Assembly (NCBI GenBank): GCA_021786105.1
Contig: JAJYNW010000015.1
Coordinates: 12,685 to 76,684, forward strand
Length of the DNA: 64,000 bases
Direction of reading: 5' to 3'
Source of the DNA: a bacterium
GTDB taxonomy: Bacteria > Patescibacteriota > Microgenomatia > Daviesbacterales > UBA10151
A model generated the notes under the pieces. That model ran no database searches. It worked only from the letters and a program-made list of their open reading frames with translations, and was not told the origin of the DNA. Shown here one piece after another: positions 9,172 to 18,042 of this stretch (its first letter is position 1; every line of letters begins with the position of its first letter). Both the position numbers and the translations under genes were made by a program.

Positions 9172-9675
9172 CTAAACACCCGTATACTTAATCGTCCTGA
9201 AATGGAAGATTTTCTCTTCTCCCCATCTGCCTACTCCGTCAAATTTGGTATCTGGGCCAATAAATAAGGTAAAGGTGGTGCCCAGCGGGTAGGGTTTGGC
9301 TGGAATAATCCTGGCGGTTTTTCGGTCCCCGGAAAGCTCGACTTTGTAACCTATCTCCGGTTCCATCCGGCTCTTAAATTCCCCCACATTTTCCAGTGAT
9401 CGGTTAAAGGTAATTTCGACAACATCGGTAGCTCCCACGATATTATCTTCCAAAGGATCAGGTTTGGTGGAAATAATCTGCGGTTTGTCGTTTTCAGAAA
9501 CCTGAATAGGTTTTTTATCCGAGGAGCTTGTAGTGGGTTTACTGGAAATTCCTTTCAGAAAGATTATTACCAGTATAATCCCTATAATCACTATCCCAGT
9601 AATAATTTTTTGTTTTGAAGTTTTCAGCATATTCTTATTTATAAATAGTATCAATTTCCATATATTGTTTATCAA
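9172..9675 (-). CDS. Hypothetical secreted/membrane protein with Ig-like beta domain
   Basis: N-terminal TM, Ser/Thr linker, beta-rich C-terminus; last gene of the VirB4 operon. Confidence 0.35.
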   Translation of the reverse strand: MINNIWKLILFINKNMLKTSKQKIITGIVIIGIILVIIFLKGISSKPTTSSSDKKPIQVSENDKPQIISTKPDPLEDNIVGATDVVEITFNRSLENVGEFKSRMEPEIGYKVELSGDRKTARIIPAKPYPLGTTFTLFIGPDTKFDGVGRWGEEKIFHFRTIKYTGV

Positions 9676-10123
9676 TATTTTGCTCTGCCAAAAATTGGTT
9701 AAACTCTTGTTGTCCTTGATCCGGGTTATCCTTATTTAGCTCTAATGTAAACAAATTGTTCTTTATATTATAAGTTAAAGTAAAGTTTGTCCCTTTGTAA
9801 GGGAGCTTTAAGAGTAATTGACTAATTCTTTGCCTTTTTGCCAAATAAACATCTTGATTAGCCTGGTCTTGTCGGTATTTTTGTACTAGGGCCGGATCAG
9901 TATTTGGCCCGACTCCATTAGATGCCCCCTCAGGCATGATTGTTGGATGAGGCGTAAATGGAATATTTGGTTTTGAGCTTGGAGACGGAGCGGTTAAGAC
10001 GGGAGGTGGAGCAGGAGGGAGTCTTTTCGTATTTGAGAGAATAAAAAGGGTTGCGGCTAGGGTAAAAATTAGGGCTATAAGGATAAAAATAGTTATTTTT
10101 TTGCCGATACCCAGAAAGTTCAT
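9635..10123 (-). CDS. Hypothetical membrane protein, Pro-rich linker
   Basis: N-terminal TM, PPAPPPVLTAPSPSS linker; operonic with the hydrolase. Confidence 0.35.
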   Translation of the reverse strand: MNFLGIGKKITIFILIALIFTLAATLFILSNTKRLPPAPPPVLTAPSPSSKPNIPFTPHPTIMPEGASNGVGPNTDPALVQKYRQDQANQDVYLAKRQRISQLLLKLPYKGTNFTLTYNIKNNLFTLELNKDNPDQGQQEFNQFLAEQNIDKQYMEIDTIYK

Positions 10124-10124
10124 T

Positions 10125-12545
10125 TTAATTACCTTTCCTTTTTATAGCTGCTGCAAAAAACCATGGGTGCGATTTATTATACTCTACACTATCAGGAATT
10201 AAGCTAATTAGTTTATTGCTAATCCATTGATTGGAATCATATTGGGAAGTATGTTCTGGTCGGCAATTTACAGGGTCCTCAACATGGACAAGGTTTTGAT
10301 TGATGTTAACATCGTCAATGGCAAAGATATGATCAACAACGCCTTGCTTAAGAGATCCGGGTCCGCAACCGCCGGGGTTCGGGCAGGGAAATTGATGAGA
10401 AGAGGCCACAATTAAATAGCCATTGTCTAAATATTCTTTTGCTTGGGTTAAATTAAGACTGCCGTCAGCATTTAATGCCAGATATTGGTAAGTGAAATTA
10501 TCGTTAAACCAGGTACTATTGCTAAAGAACAAACTCATGGTACTGCCGTAATTGCCGCAAGACCGGGCACCGGTATCTCTAAACATTTGGTCTATTTCTA
10601 CCGGGGTTTTAACCAGACCAAGGCTGGAAACAACAATAGCCGTTGAGCTTGGGCCACAGCCGTAATAATTAATACTGCAAGCATACTGCCAGGCCGGGTC
10701 GTCTTCACAGTAAAATTTGATATTTGGTTTTCCTCCGGGTAGAGGATTAGAGGAGGATTGACAGCTGTTGTAGCTTTTCCACAGGTCATCGCCATAATCG
10801 TAGGGGCCGCTGACGCAAGGATTATAATTCGGATCCTGCTTCTTTTTAGCAGTAATTGCCTCAGGTGTATCATATTTAGTACAGTTTGAAGGATCAGTGA
10901 GTCTTGCCCCGCTATAGTACATCGAAGCGATATCTCGGACAGTATTTTCGTTCCAGTCACCCGGCAGTTTATCAGTTTTAATTTTTAAAGCGGCCGCAGT
11001 GATTGAGTCGCGGATGCTATAGATTCTAAAGACATTTGCGGGAGCCATCGAGTTTTGCGGGTCAACAGTGTTTTTAACAGAGGTCTTATTAAATAAAGTT
11101 TTCAGGTCAGAAGAATAGCTGTTAAAGATATTGGTAAATGTCCCGGGCATAAATTGCATAATTCCAATAGCTCCTTCTTCACTGCTTTTTGCTTCATAAT
11201 CATTAGTTAAATAGTCAGCGGTTGAGCTAAAAGCGCTGGGAGATTCGACTCTCATGATTCCAGCCAAAATTGCTGCAGGAACGCCAACTTTATCGGATAT
11301 ATCAGTGAACAACCCAGCCATGGCTGGGTTGTTTAATTTCATTCCAGCATTAGCTCCATCTCCTCCCCTGTAAAAAGTACAAGAGGTGATATCTCCACCT
11401 CCTGGTGAGGGAGCTATTGGTATAACTCCGGTTGGGTTATTGCCGCCGATTATGGTTAATCCTCCTACCAGCATCATAAAACCCAGTATGCCAAACAAAA
11501 ACAGCAGCCACTTTTTGCTTTTGACGTTTTTACCAAATGAGGATACTGTCTGTCTGCCGCCTCTGCCGAATCGGTTAAATTTCCCAAAGATGCTTCTGCT
11601 GCCTCCGCCAAATCCGCCCGGATTGGCAATAGTGGTCAGGTTGCTGACTAGTCCGGTGCCCATCCGTCCTAAAAATGGGTTAGCGCTTTCCAGTCCGGTT
11701 TTGGCTGCTCCAAATATTCCCCGGCCGATTCTGCCTAAATTTTTCTTGGCAAATATCTGCGTATTTGATCCAAAAGTTTTAAGGAAACTGGGGGTTTTGA
11801 TGGTGTGTTCTCCAAAAACTCTGCCATCGCTTCTGGCTACGGCTATCTTTGATGGAGGTGTTTTTGTCTCAATAATTGATCCGTTTTCTCGGGCCAGGAT
11901 CAATTTTGGTGTTTCCGGGCCCGGACCTTTGGGAAGATTGGGTTGGCTTAGGGGGTGCTCCGTAACTGTCCCGGCTTTATTTTCAGTAAACAAAGTTGAG
12001 CCGGGTTTTTCGGCAATTTTCCCTTCGCTGGTGGCCAGTGCTATTTTGGGGGTTTGGGGTTGAGGGGTGGGTTGGTTAACAAACACCACACGGCCTGGTC
12101 TGGGAGAAATGACTGGACCGGACGGTAAACCCATACCCGGCATGCCGCCGGCAGTAGCACCGGGCGTGGTTTGGGGGGCGTTGGCTGGAGTTTGTTCCGG
12201 CGTAATTTCATATTTGTCTGCTTGTTCGACGGCCTCACCATCAATAACAAATCTACCTTCCAGCGCCTGATTTAATTCAGCTCCTTCGTTGGCCACAAAC
12301 TTACCTAAAATGCTGTTTTTGACATTTTTATAATCTTTTAAATGCTCAATTAGTGCTTCGTCTTTGAGTCCTTTTAGGGTCGGGTCTTTTGCGCGCAGCA
12401 AATTAAAACACTCTGCCCGATCCACAGTAAACCGCTGCCCTTTAATTGTGACGGTTCCTTTAGGGGGGATATTTTCCGCATGAAAGTGAGCTTTAGTCAG
12501 GACAAAGATAAAGACTTTTAGTTTGTCAAAATCTGAATATGCCAT
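10125..12545 (-). CDS. Membrane-anchored bifunctional cell-wall hydrolase: lytic transglycosylase (SLT) + papain-like (C39/CHAP-like) peptidase; VirB1/PrgK-like
   Basis: SLT motifs MRVESPS and GIMQFMPGTF; downstream Cys (YYGCGPSSTAIV) and His (VVDHIFAIDDV) dyad; single TM near residue 340; immediately downstream of VirB4. Confidence 0.65.
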   Translation of the reverse strand: MAYSDFDKLKVFIFVLTKAHFHAENIPPKGTVTIKGQRFTVDRAECFNLLRAKDPTLKGLKDEALIEHLKDYKNVKNSILGKFVANEGAELNQALEGRFVIDGEAVEQADKYEITPEQTPANAPQTTPGATAGGMPGMGLPSGPVISPRPGRVVFVNQPTPQPQTPKIALATSEGKIAEKPGSTLFTENKAGTVTEHPLSQPNLPKGPGPETPKLILARENGSIIETKTPPSKIAVARSDGRVFGEHTIKTPSFLKTFGSNTQIFAKKNLGRIGRGIFGAAKTGLESANPFLGRMGTGLVSNLTTIANPGGFGGGSRSIFGKFNRFGRGGRQTVSSFGKNVKSKKWLLFLFGILGFMMLVGGLTIIGGNNPTGVIPIAPSPGGGDITSCTFYRGGDGANAGMKLNNPAMAGLFTDISDKVGVPAAILAGIMRVESPSAFSSTADYLTNDYEAKSSEEGAIGIMQFMPGTFTNIFNSYSSDLKTLFNKTSVKNTVDPQNSMAPANVFRIYSIRDSITAAALKIKTDKLPGDWNENTVRDIASMYYSGARLTDPSNCTKYDTPEAITAKKKQDPNYNPCVSGPYDYGDDLWKSYNSCQSSSNPLPGGKPNIKFYCEDDPAWQYACSINYYGCGPSSTAIVVSSLGLVKTPVEIDQMFRDTGARSCGNYGSTMSLFFSNSTWFNDNFTYQYLALNADGSLNLTQAKEYLDNGYLIVASSHQFPCPNPGGCGPGSLKQGVVDHIFAIDDVNINQNLVHVEDPVNCRPEHTSQYDSNQWISNKLISLIPDSVEYNKSHPWFFAAAIKRKGN

Positions 12546-12548
12546 AAA

Positions 12549-14312
12549 TTATTTTCCGTTTTGTTTTGCCAAAATTTCCTCCGGGTTGGTAGTAATTAGC
12601 TGATGTTCCTGCGGGGAGGCCACCACCCGCATGGCCACATGAGTGTTGCCGGCAAAAAATATACCCTCGCCGATCCCCTCTGATAACAGCAGTCTTTGCT
12701 CCCCTTCTGACAGGTTGAAAACATGAGCCAGCAATTCGATGGAGGAAGGGGCTTGTTTTAAAAGGATTTGAATGGATGAATTAGAGATAATTTCTTTGCC
12801 TCTTTCAGTGGCCAGGAAATCTTCAATGTCTTGAGTGATGGTGGTGAGTCCTAAATAGTATTTGCGGGCCCGCTTGGCCATATCCACCAAAAAGTCCGCT
12901 GAATCCTGGTTGCGCATCAAATACCAGGCTTCATCCACAATCAGAATTCTTCGTTTCAATTTGCCACGGATTTTGGTCCAAATATAATCTAAGATCATGT
13001 GGATGGCCAGGGGCCTGAGTTGATCCGGTAGGTCGCGGACAGAAAAGACCGTAAAGGAGTTGGACAGGTCAACATTCGATTGCGAGGAGAAGATGCCGGC
13101 TAACGATCCTTTGATAAATCTTTCCAGTCGGGCGGCCAGTTCGGCTGCGGCTGGTTCTTCCATACCGAGTAGAACTTTATATAAATCTTCCATTAAGGGT
13201 GGCACTCTATTCTGAGTTTTTGGATCATCGGTAATACCCTTGAGCTGGTAAGTTTGTTTGAGGCTGCGGTCTAAAATGGCCGCTTCTTGGGCATTTAAGT
13301 TGCCTAAAACAATTTTCAAAAATGTTGTTAAAGACAAAATTTTCCGGCCTAGTTCATTTTCGCCTTCACTCAGCTCCCCTGACATATCAAAAGGGTTAAT
13401 CTTGACCGGGCTGGCAGCGGAAAAATTGATGTATTCTCCGCCTACGGCTTGAGATAACGGGAGGTATTCCTGTTCGGGATCAATGACAATAATTTCTGCC
13501 CCAAACATTAATGATCTTAAGGCTTCCAGTTTTACCAAATAAGATTTACCGGCGCCGGCTTTGGCAAATATCACCGAATTGGCATTTTCTAAAGAGAAGC
13601 GGTCGAATAAAATCAGCGAGCCGTTGTGCTCATTAATACCATACATGATTCCTTCGTTAGCTGTTAGTTCTGATGAGGCAAATGGGAAAGTGGTAGCCAG
13701 CGAGGTGGTATCCATATTATGAGTAAGATTTAACAGATCAGTTCCTTGGGGTAAGGTCGACTTAAACCCGTCCTCCATTTGTAAAGTGGTTTGCCGGGCG
13801 GTGATAGATAATGAAGCTAGGGTGGACTCTACCAGTTTGGAGGTGTTTTGCAGTTCTTCCAAAGATTGGGCCGGAACAGTGACATAAAGGGCAAACTGGA
13901 AGAACCGCTCTACTCCCCTAACCAGCTGGTCTTGTAAAGTCCGGGCATCTTCTAGGGCTACCTCCACCGCCGGATCAACCGGCCGGCCGCGCTCCAAATC
14001 TGTTTGGATGGTGGCTTCCATTTCCGCCACTTTGCGTTTTAGTTCATCCAAAACCCCTTGTGATTTGGAAGGGTAGATAAACATGGAGATTAGCAGAGAA
14101 TGATCAAAAGAAATGAGCGGTTCCAGCCAGTTGGGTTCAACAAATCTGGGGTAATCGGATACGAAGTAAGTTCGGAAGAAGCGGTGATCCAGCCGCAAGT
14201 TGCTAAAATCCACCTCAATTTCTGCCGGAGCCAAAACATCTTCTAAGGTTAGTTGAGGAATAGTTGGTTCGTCTTTGATTTTTGGCTTGTTTGACAGACT
14301 TGGTAGTTTCAT
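12549..14312 (-). CDS. VirB4/TrbE/CagE-like type IV secretion ATPase, C-terminal ATPase part
   Basis: Walker A FAKAGAGKSYL, Walker B RRILIVDEAWYLM, FSVRDL region; 4-nt ATGA overlap with the upstream N-domain ORF. Confidence 0.7.
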   Translation of the reverse strand: MKLPSLSNKPKIKDEPTIPQLTLEDVLAPAEIEVDFSNLRLDHRFFRTYFVSDYPRFVEPNWLEPLISFDHSLLISMFIYPSKSQGVLDELKRKVAEMEATIQTDLERGRPVDPAVEVALEDARTLQDQLVRGVERFFQFALYVTVPAQSLEELQNTSKLVESTLASLSITARQTTLQMEDGFKSTLPQGTDLLNLTHNMDTTSLATTFPFASSELTANEGIMYGINEHNGSLILFDRFSLENANSVIFAKAGAGKSYLVKLEALRSLMFGAEIIVIDPEQEYLPLSQAVGGEYINFSAASPVKINPFDMSGELSEGENELGRKILSLTTFLKIVLGNLNAQEAAILDRSLKQTYQLKGITDDPKTQNRVPPLMEDLYKVLLGMEEPAAAELAARLERFIKGSLAGIFSSQSNVDLSNSFTVFSVRDLPDQLRPLAIHMILDYIWTKIRGKLKRRILIVDEAWYLMRNQDSADFLVDMAKRARKYYLGLTTITQDIEDFLATERGKEIISNSSIQILLKQAPSSIELLAHVFNLSEGEQRLLLSEGIGEGIFFAGNTHVAMRVVASPQEHQLITTNPEEILAKQNGK

Positions 14313-15124
14313 TCAGTTAATTCCTCTACTACAAACGGATGAGTTCTGGTGCTTTGGGTTATAGTTGGCGTGCCGGGTGAGACTGGTGCGCCCGGTGGAT
14401 AGGTCGGAGTATCAGCGATCTGGTTGGTGGACTGGCTTATTGGTGAACTGGTTGGCTGACTTACTGAAATTGGTTGCGGATTTTTCAGTCTAACCGCTAA
14501 TTGTTCTGGACTGACCGGTTGGGTAATTGATTGTTCTAAAGCTTCTCCATTATATACTTCCTTCGGAAGACTGTAATTCTCCGAATTATAAATATCATAG
14601 AAGATCTCAATCAGTTCCCGTCTGGATAACTGGTCAGCGTTTAGCCCTACCCGGGCCAATTGTCTGATGATTTGGTCTCTGCGGGGCCAAAGCACGGTTT
14701 TAATTTTCTGTTCCAGTCTTTCTTTTGAGGCGGTAATGCCCAATTCTAAGGCAAAAAGCGGGATGACAATATAAAATTTTTTATCCAGCACTTCGTTTTC
14801 CTTAATGGTGCTTTGGATGAATTGTTTATACTGGGTGATCATTTGCGATAGTAAGGGATTAGTTTGTGCTTTTTTGGCTTTATCCAAAAGTTCTAAGTAT
14901 GAAGTAATATGAAGTCTTTCCGAATGTATCATGATTTGAATGCTAAAAGACAAGGAATTGAGCATTTGGGCAAAAGAGGAAATAATCGCTACCTGTTCTC
15001 TCTCTGAAAGCAGGCCAAAGTTGACAGCTGAAACTTGTAGGACCAGCGCCCCTCCGCCGTCTTTTAGCAGCAGGATATCGTCCTGGATGTCAGCGATAGA
15101 TAAATGAGATTGTGTCGTATACAT
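14309..15124 (-). CDS. VirB4-like N-terminal domain encoded as a separate ORF
   Basis: IADIQDDILLLKDGGGALVLQVSAVNFGLLSEREQ resembles the conserved N-terminus of Gram-positive VirB4 homologues; low-complexity C-terminal linker. Confidence 0.5.
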   Translation of the reverse strand: MYTTQSHLSIADIQDDILLLKDGGGALVLQVSAVNFGLLSEREQVAIISSFAQMLNSLSFSIQIMIHSERLHITSYLELLDKAKKAQTNPLLSQMITQYKQFIQSTIKENEVLDKKFYIVIPLFALELGITASKERLEQKIKTVLWPRRDQIIRQLARVGLNADQLSRRELIEIFYDIYNSENYSLPKEVYNGEALEQSITQPVSPEQLAVRLKNPQPISVSQPTSSPISQSTNQIADTPTYPPGAPVSPGTPTITQSTRTHPFVVEELTE

Positions 15125-15133
15125 CTTTGAGCT

Positions 15134-16183
15134 TTACTCCTTTGCTGCTATTAACAAAGGAGGTAATACTTGACCAGTTAATTCCATCTGTAAGACATCA
15201 AAAGTCAGGCCCTCCTTTTCCAGCTCTAAAGTATAAGTCCCATTCGGTAAGGGGGTGGAGCCGGTAAATTGGCCCAGCTTATTGGTTTTTAAGGCTCTGA
15301 CCGGCAGGCCCTCCTTATCGTAGATGACTGCTACTACCCCTTCCAGGTAATCGTTCTCTTTGTTTTTTACAATCCCATTGATCACATTAGGAAAGGTGGT
15401 GAGGGCGATTTGGGTTTGTTTGGGTTTTGCCGGAATGACCACTTTAACTTTCTCTTTTAGAATGACTGGGGGAGGCGGAGAGGCAGATTCTGGTTGCGGT
15501 TCTGCGGTAACCGACTGGATTTCCTGTTTGATGGTTGAGGCCTGACTAACCAAGCTTTGCAGGTCATCCAGGATTTTATTGACTTGTTGACCGTAATCTA
15601 CCGGTACAGGGGTAGGCTTTTGGGCGGCTGTTTTAATTTGGGATAAAGTCCGTTCAGTTTGGATAATTTTCATTTGTAATTGCTGGGCCTGACGCGCCAG
15701 ATTAACTGTTTTGCTTAGCTCTTCTTGGGTAGGAAGTTCAGCTGGCGTACCGGCGGGTCGAGGGGTCTGCGCTTCGGCAATTTGGTTAGGTGCTGGTTTA
15801 CTGGTTTGCTGATTGATTGGATCCTGATTTGCGTTATTTAAGTACATCATTAGACGGTTGTTGAATGAAGGATTTTCTTTAAAACTTTTGCCGTTTTTCC
15901 GCCAAACTCTGACGGTGGGGGAATAAACAGCTTTCAAAAAAGCTGCCAGCCAATAATCCAAAGGCCGTGATCCGACCGGTAAAAAAGCAAAACTGATTCC
16001 TAAAATTGCCGAACAGATAATGATCGGCCAGGCGATTAAAGGGAAGCTGTGTGCAAAGAATATAAACATAAGGTAGGAAACAGTAGCTCCGCCCGCCAGA
16101 TAGCCAAATTGTTTGAGGGTCATATCCCCAATTAGCTTAAACTGGAAGGAGGTGACATTTTGCGGAATCGGGTGGACATCCAT
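15134..16183 (-). CDS. Membrane protein: N-terminal two-TM VirB3-like segment, coiled coil, C-terminal CarboxypepD_reg-like beta-sandwich
   Basis: Two TM helices at residues about 30-75, Q/P-rich coiled coil, C-terminus GVVAVIYDKEG...PNGTYTLELEKEGL; first gene of the VirB4 operon. Confidence 0.4.
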   Translation of the reverse strand: MDVHPIPQNVTSFQFKLIGDMTLKQFGYLAGGATVSYLMFIFFAHSFPLIAWPIIICSAILGISFAFLPVGSRPLDYWLAAFLKAVYSPTVRVWRKNGKSFKENPSFNNRLMMYLNNANQDPINQQTSKPAPNQIAEAQTPRPAGTPAELPTQEELSKTVNLARQAQQLQMKIIQTERTLSQIKTAAQKPTPVPVDYGQQVNKILDDLQSLVSQASTIKQEIQSVTAEPQPESASPPPPVILKEKVKVVIPAKPKQTQIALTTFPNVINGIVKNKENDYLEGVVAVIYDKEGLPVRALKTNKLGQFTGSTPLPNGTYTLELEKEGLTFDVLQMELTGQVLPPLLIAAKE

Positions 16184-16684
16184 ATTAGGTACTATCTATA
16201 TACCTCGTGAAAAAAATGATGGCAAGAAGTTCAAAAGAGATCATTTGAGAGCAATCCATACTAATCTCAAATCTTAGATCTCAAATCGCAAATCTACATC
16301 TTAAATTTAAAAACTTTTAAAGCTTTGAGTTTTAAGTTGCAGTTTTGACCTTTGACATTTGAGATTTGAGTTTGTTATTTTATGGAGGTGGTATCTCAGG
16401 TCGAAGTTTCGACCCAAGAGATAATGGGAACCAGGTGCAAATCCTGGACTGTGCCGCAACGGTAATTGTTAGGGTTTAGGGTTTAGATTTCTTGCGATTT
16501 CTAAAAGCGCAGCTTTCAAGCTTTGCTTATACCCTATTGGCTATACCCTAGTCTCTAACATTAGTCCGGAGACCGACCACGCTTAGTGACTAGTCGCTAG
16601 TGACTAGAGTCAAGTGTAATTTGCTTTTTCCAGACTCTAGTCACTCGATTCTAGATTCTATTTTAAATCCCGTGCAGGAGCCAT

Positions 16685-17623
16685 ATGCCAGTATCAGAAC
16701 GAGAACGAACAGCTATTGCCAATATTGCAGGTTGGAGAAACACCGCCCCTGCTCAATTTGCAGAAGAATTAGCCTCTTTAAGTTTGGAAACTCATAGAAT
16801 TGCAGACCCCTATTCTTATTTGATTACAGCGAAAGGAGAATTGTTTTCACCTACAGCTAGATGTCTGATTAAAGATACCATCGATGATAAAACTAGTTTG
16901 TTAGGTAGATTAGAATACCAAGCTGTTTTAGTCACTGAGCAATGGGTAGCTAACAATAATGAGGGAGTAAGTATTTGGGTTAGCCCACCAAAAAAAGGAA
17001 TATATCCCACCTCTAAAATAATTGTTCAGGAAATAGTGCATGAAGGCGGAGTGAAGAAATTATTCAACCGGGCCATTGTTTTGGATTTTAACGAAGAACA
17101 ATGTATGAGGTTTGCTTGGAATCTGACTAGTTTTAGCCACAATAAGCCTATTTTCAGAGACTTGGATGAGATTAGAGCTATTCCTTTAGTATTGAATACT
17201 CAAAATAAATCTTGGATTGATATCTTGGAAAAATTAATTGATGTTCCGAAAGTTTGGGCAATGATTCGAAACGGAGAAGATAAGCAGTATAAAAAAGAGA
17301 CCCTCAGGCAGGCTGTAATAGTCCAAAAGCAGTTCTTTACTGATTCCAGGCTATCTTATTCAGATGAAGCAAAAATAGCCGTTATGCAAATGCTAGGGTC
17401 AAAATCCGGCAGTTGTCCGCCGCGATCTGGTACTCAGGGCAGAACAGCTTTTCAAGCTATTGCCGGTTCTGCCGTGACAGTTGGCAGTGGAGGGGGATTG
17501 GTCGAATCAGATCAATATGGGTCTTTGGAGTTTGAGTGCCCAAAGTGCAAGAAAACAAATACCAGACCAAAGGGTCAACTAATACCAAACTGCCAGCATT
17601 GCGGGCAAGATGTCCGTTGTTAG
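16685..17623 (+). CDS. Hypothetical protein with C-terminal zinc ribbon
   Basis: 312 aa; CPKCKK...CQHCGQ C4 motif at the C-terminus; no other recognisable domain. Confidence 0.4.
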   Translation: MPVSERERTAIANIAGWRNTAPAQFAEELASLSLETHRIADPYSYLITAKGELFSPTARCLIKDTIDDKTSLLGRLEYQAVLVTEQWVANNNEGVSIWVSPPKKGIYPTSKIIVQEIVHEGGVKKLFNRAIVLDFNEEQCMRFAWNLTSFSHNKPIFRDLDEIRAIPLVLNTQNKSWIDILEKLIDVPKVWAMIRNGEDKQYKKETLRQAVIVQKQFFTDSRLSYSDEAKIAVMQMLGSKSGSCPPRSGTQGRTAFQAIAGSAVTVGSGGGLVESDQYGSLEFECPKCKKTNTRPKGQLIPNCQHCGQDVRC

Positions 17624-17631
17624 TGGTATAA

Positions 17632-17895
17632 TTGGGATCTATGAAAACCTCCAAAGATTTACAGTTTAAAGTTCTTATAGAACAAGATGAAAATGGGCTG
17701 TATGTGGCTTCAGTTCCTGAGCTTCCTGGTTGTTACACTCAAGGGAAAACTTTGGAACAAGTTAGAAGAAGAATCAAAGAGGCGATAGAATTGGTATTAG
17801 AAGCAGATGAAGATTTAAAGAAAGAGAAAATACAATCTTCGAAATCTCCACAATTCTTCGGCATAGAAGAAGTGACGATTCGAGGCTATGCCTAA
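17632..17895 (+). CDS. hicB: HicB-family antitoxin (UPF0150)
   Basis: NGLYVASVPELPGCYTQGKTLEQVRRRIKEAIELVLE matches the HicB N-terminal domain. Confidence 0.7.
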   Translation: MGSMKTSKDLQFKVLIEQDENGLYVASVPELPGCYTQGKTLEQVRRRIKEAIELVLEADEDLKKEKIQSSKSPQFFGIEEVTIRGYA

Positions 17896-17974
17896 ATTAT
17901 CTCCTATTTCAGCTAAAGAGTTAATTAAAAATTCTACTTTTAGGAAGTTCTATGCTGGAAATATTAATACTTGA
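17888..17974 (+). pseudogene. hicA: Truncated hicA toxin remnant (28 codons)
   Basis: MPKLSPISAKELIKNSTFRKFYAGNINT then stop. Matches the HicA start MPKLPxISGxELIK but the gene is about 60 aa too short; overlaps the hicB stop. Confidence 0.5.
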
Positions 17975-17999
17975 CAAAAAGTATTACTTTTTGTATATT
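17971..17999 (+). promoter_or_regulatory. Near-consensus sigma70 promoter for the ATPase gene
   Basis: TTGACA, 17-nt spacer, TATATT. Confidence 0.45.
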
Positions 18000-18042
18000 A
18001 GTAATTGTGAAAAGGAAGCTATTCCAGCAAATTACAGCCAGA

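Noticed and set aside
10227-12270. Several 60-225-aa ORFs on both strands inside the SLT/peptidase gene (e.g. 11386-12063, 10598-10960)
   Set aside because: They lie inside a long ORF with clear domain signatures; their Pro/Gly-rich translations are typical alternate-frame artefacts
16184-16684. Possible CRISPR array in the repeat-rich intergenic region
   Set aside because: The repeats are short (7-8 bp), irregularly spaced and partly palindromic. There is no 24-48-bp repeat with regular unique spacers
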